DNA of 64,000 nucleotides from Leucoraja erinacea (Eukaryota), in assembly GCF_028641065.1 (NCBI RefSeq), contig NC_073401.1, positions 22,568,001 to 22,632,000 of the forward strand. The letters are read 5' to 3'. The translations under genes were made by a program, and so were the position numbers. The notes under the pieces are model-generated. The model ran no database searches and was not told the origin of the DNA. It saw nothing but the letters and a program-made list of their open reading frames with translations. Shown here in pieces: positions 61,931 through 64,000 of this stretch (positions are counted from its first letter, which is position 1; each line of letters opens with the position of its first letter).

Positions 61931-62966
61931 CTGTGCAAGAAGAAACACAAACACTATGTAAAATAACACAATGGAAAACATACTGCAGTATCATTGTTCC
62001 TTAAGTAAGAGTCAAGAAAGAGCCAAGAATATTTTATTCTCACATGTTCCGAAACAGAACAATGAAACTCCTTCTTGCAATCAAAGCCATCAGCATTTTG
62101 GGTCACATAAACTGCTCAACCATTAAATTAACTGTGCCAAGGTGCTGGCAACTTCACTCTCTATTAAATGATCAACGCTGTGATTGGTCTGCTGAAAAGA
62201 CAGTAGGAATGGAATTTACCAAATGCAAAGTAAAAATTATTGTTTTTAGCAAATGACAACAGTTTATTCACCTTTCAATGCAGATTATAATTCAGTGACG
62301 AGGAGAGTATTAAAATAATACGATTCAGAAACTTCACATTCCCAATATAAATTTTCTTTCACAAGAACATTGTCAGCACAAGAGATATCAAGTATCTCTT
62401 CGGGTATGGAACATCCGCCATTGGAACTCAAAATGTGGAGATAGATGCAAGAACTAAAACTGAAATGAGTATTGGCACACTTCACTTTCTTCTTCGCGAG
62501 AAAGAACAGAACCCAAACAACCCAATGATTAGCACAAACGTGCCATAAATCACTTGGACAGTAACACAGAGAGATTTCCATGTGACAGACGTGGCAGTCA
62601 TTCTGTCCACCTTGAAGAGCAATCTCATTCTTCCATTATTTTGTTCCTGTAACTATTCTAATTAATTCCACTCCCCAAAATTCCCTCACACACCTAAAGA
62701 CCGGGGAAATTTATAGTAACCAATTAGCCTACCAACTCATATCTTGAGGAGGGACCTCAAGTTGTCACAGGGGATTGTACAAATCCAAGTTCACAGCACA
62801 GAGGTTAGGATTGAACCGGAGTGCGTTTTTTTACTGGATTTAATTCAATTTGCCACAGCACTGTGCTATCCTGATATGGATGGTAAATGATGACCTTGAT
62901 GGTGAAATTAACATAGATGCAGCAGAACAACTGACTAACAATCCATGCAGAGGGATCTTTCCAATA

Positions 62967-63955
62967 CAGGTGCACAACCTTTTATCCGGAGTTCCGGAAA
63001 CCGAAAAACTCCGAAAACCGGCCATTTTTTCCAGGATGTCGTCTGCACACCAAAGCTCGCGTTTTGCGCCAAACTTGACCCCAAACGACCCACGGTCAAC
63101 CCAGGTCTGTACTACTGTAGCGGCTGCCTCCGCCCCGGAGACCGGGGAGACACTTAAACATCTGTAAAACATTGCTTAAATGTTAGTCAGTTAGTTTGGA
63201 GGGCTTTTATGTGAAGGGGGGGTTGAAGGGGTAAACTTTAATTCTTAGTCCCCTACCTGGTCGGAGAGACGGGGAGCGGTCAATGCCTTACCGGGTCGCC
63301 GTGCAGTAAGCTCCGCAGCGCTGTGTGGCCGGTGGGGCTGCGGGCGGCGCCGGTTGTAGCTCCGACCCCGGCAACTCTACCCCTGGCTGCGAGGCGCTCC
63401 AAATCCAGCACCGCTCGCGGCCGGACGCCCCCCCACCCCCGCAAATGTTGGGAGGCGGCGGCGTCGCAGCGCTGGGATACCAGCGGGAAGCTGGTCGCTG
63501 TGCGGTAAGCTCCAGGCCGCGGAGGCCGCCTTCTCCCAACATTCGCGGAGCTGGGGTGGGGGGCGTCCGACCGCGGGCGGCGCTGGATTTGGAGCGCCTC
63601 GCAGCCAGGGGTAGAGTTGCCAGGGTCGGAGCTCCAACCGGCGCCGCCCGCAGCCGGACGGAGCCCCCAGCTCCGCGATGTTGGGAGTCGCCGACCAGGT
63701 AGGGAACTAAGAATTAAAGTTTCCCCCTTCACCCCCACCCCACCACCACCACATAAAATCCCTCCAAACTAACTGACTAACATTTATGCAATGATTCCCC
63801 GGTCTCCGGGGAGGAGGCAGTCGCTCCAGACTTTTCAAGCCGCCCGCGCTACCTACCTAATCTACGCTAAAAATCTTCCATTCGGAAATACGGAAATGTC
63901 CGAAATCTGACAAGTGTCTGGTCCCAAGGCTTTCGGATAAAAGGTTGTGCACCTG
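62967..63955. mobile_element. Tc1/mariner-pogo (Tigger-like) non-autonomous element with GC-rich internal inverted repeats
   Basis: TIR CAGGTGCACAACCTTTTATCCG at both ends, TA TSD; internal arms about 63130-63260/63690-63815 and 63345-63440/63555-63650. Confidence 0.88.
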
Positions 63956-64000
63956 TATATCCATCAAACAAAGTTTCAGAATGCTCAACATTAAAACTTG

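Noticed and set aside
63280-63738. Cluster of overlapping GC-rich ORFs / possible CpG-island promoter
   Set aside because: They lie inside a TIR/TA-flanked transposon; GC richness suppresses stop codons.

Overview
Vertebrate genomic DNA, most likely from a cartilaginous fish (skate or ray). That assignment is an inference from HE1-type SINEs, abundant CR1 LINEs and Penelope-like repeats. The window is the conserved 22q11.2-type gene block: the 5' part of HIRA (- strand, exons 1-7), MRPL40 (+, complete, 4 exons, head-to-head with HIRA), C22orf39/UPF0545 (-, complete, 3 exons) and UFD1 (-, exons 3-12, with a U12-type intron). Between C22orf39 and UFD1, where human has no gene, lies an intact 7-exon FKBP8-like gene (FKBP domain + 3 TPR, about 310 aa). 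It has two possible C-termini and is followed by four more spliceable, partly disabled exons encoding an unrecognised domain. Introns are full of Penelope-type terminal-repeat fragments carrying minimal hammerhead-ribozyme cores (CUGAnGA-stemII-GAAACGUH), including a perfect 151-bp palindrome. There are also CR1 and Rex/Babar LINE fragments, SINEs, several non-autonomous DNA transposons with clear TIR/TSD, and a tRNA-Lys pseudogene. Exon boundaries were read by hand from splice sites and frame. Repeat boundaries are approximate unless TIR/TSD are quoted.
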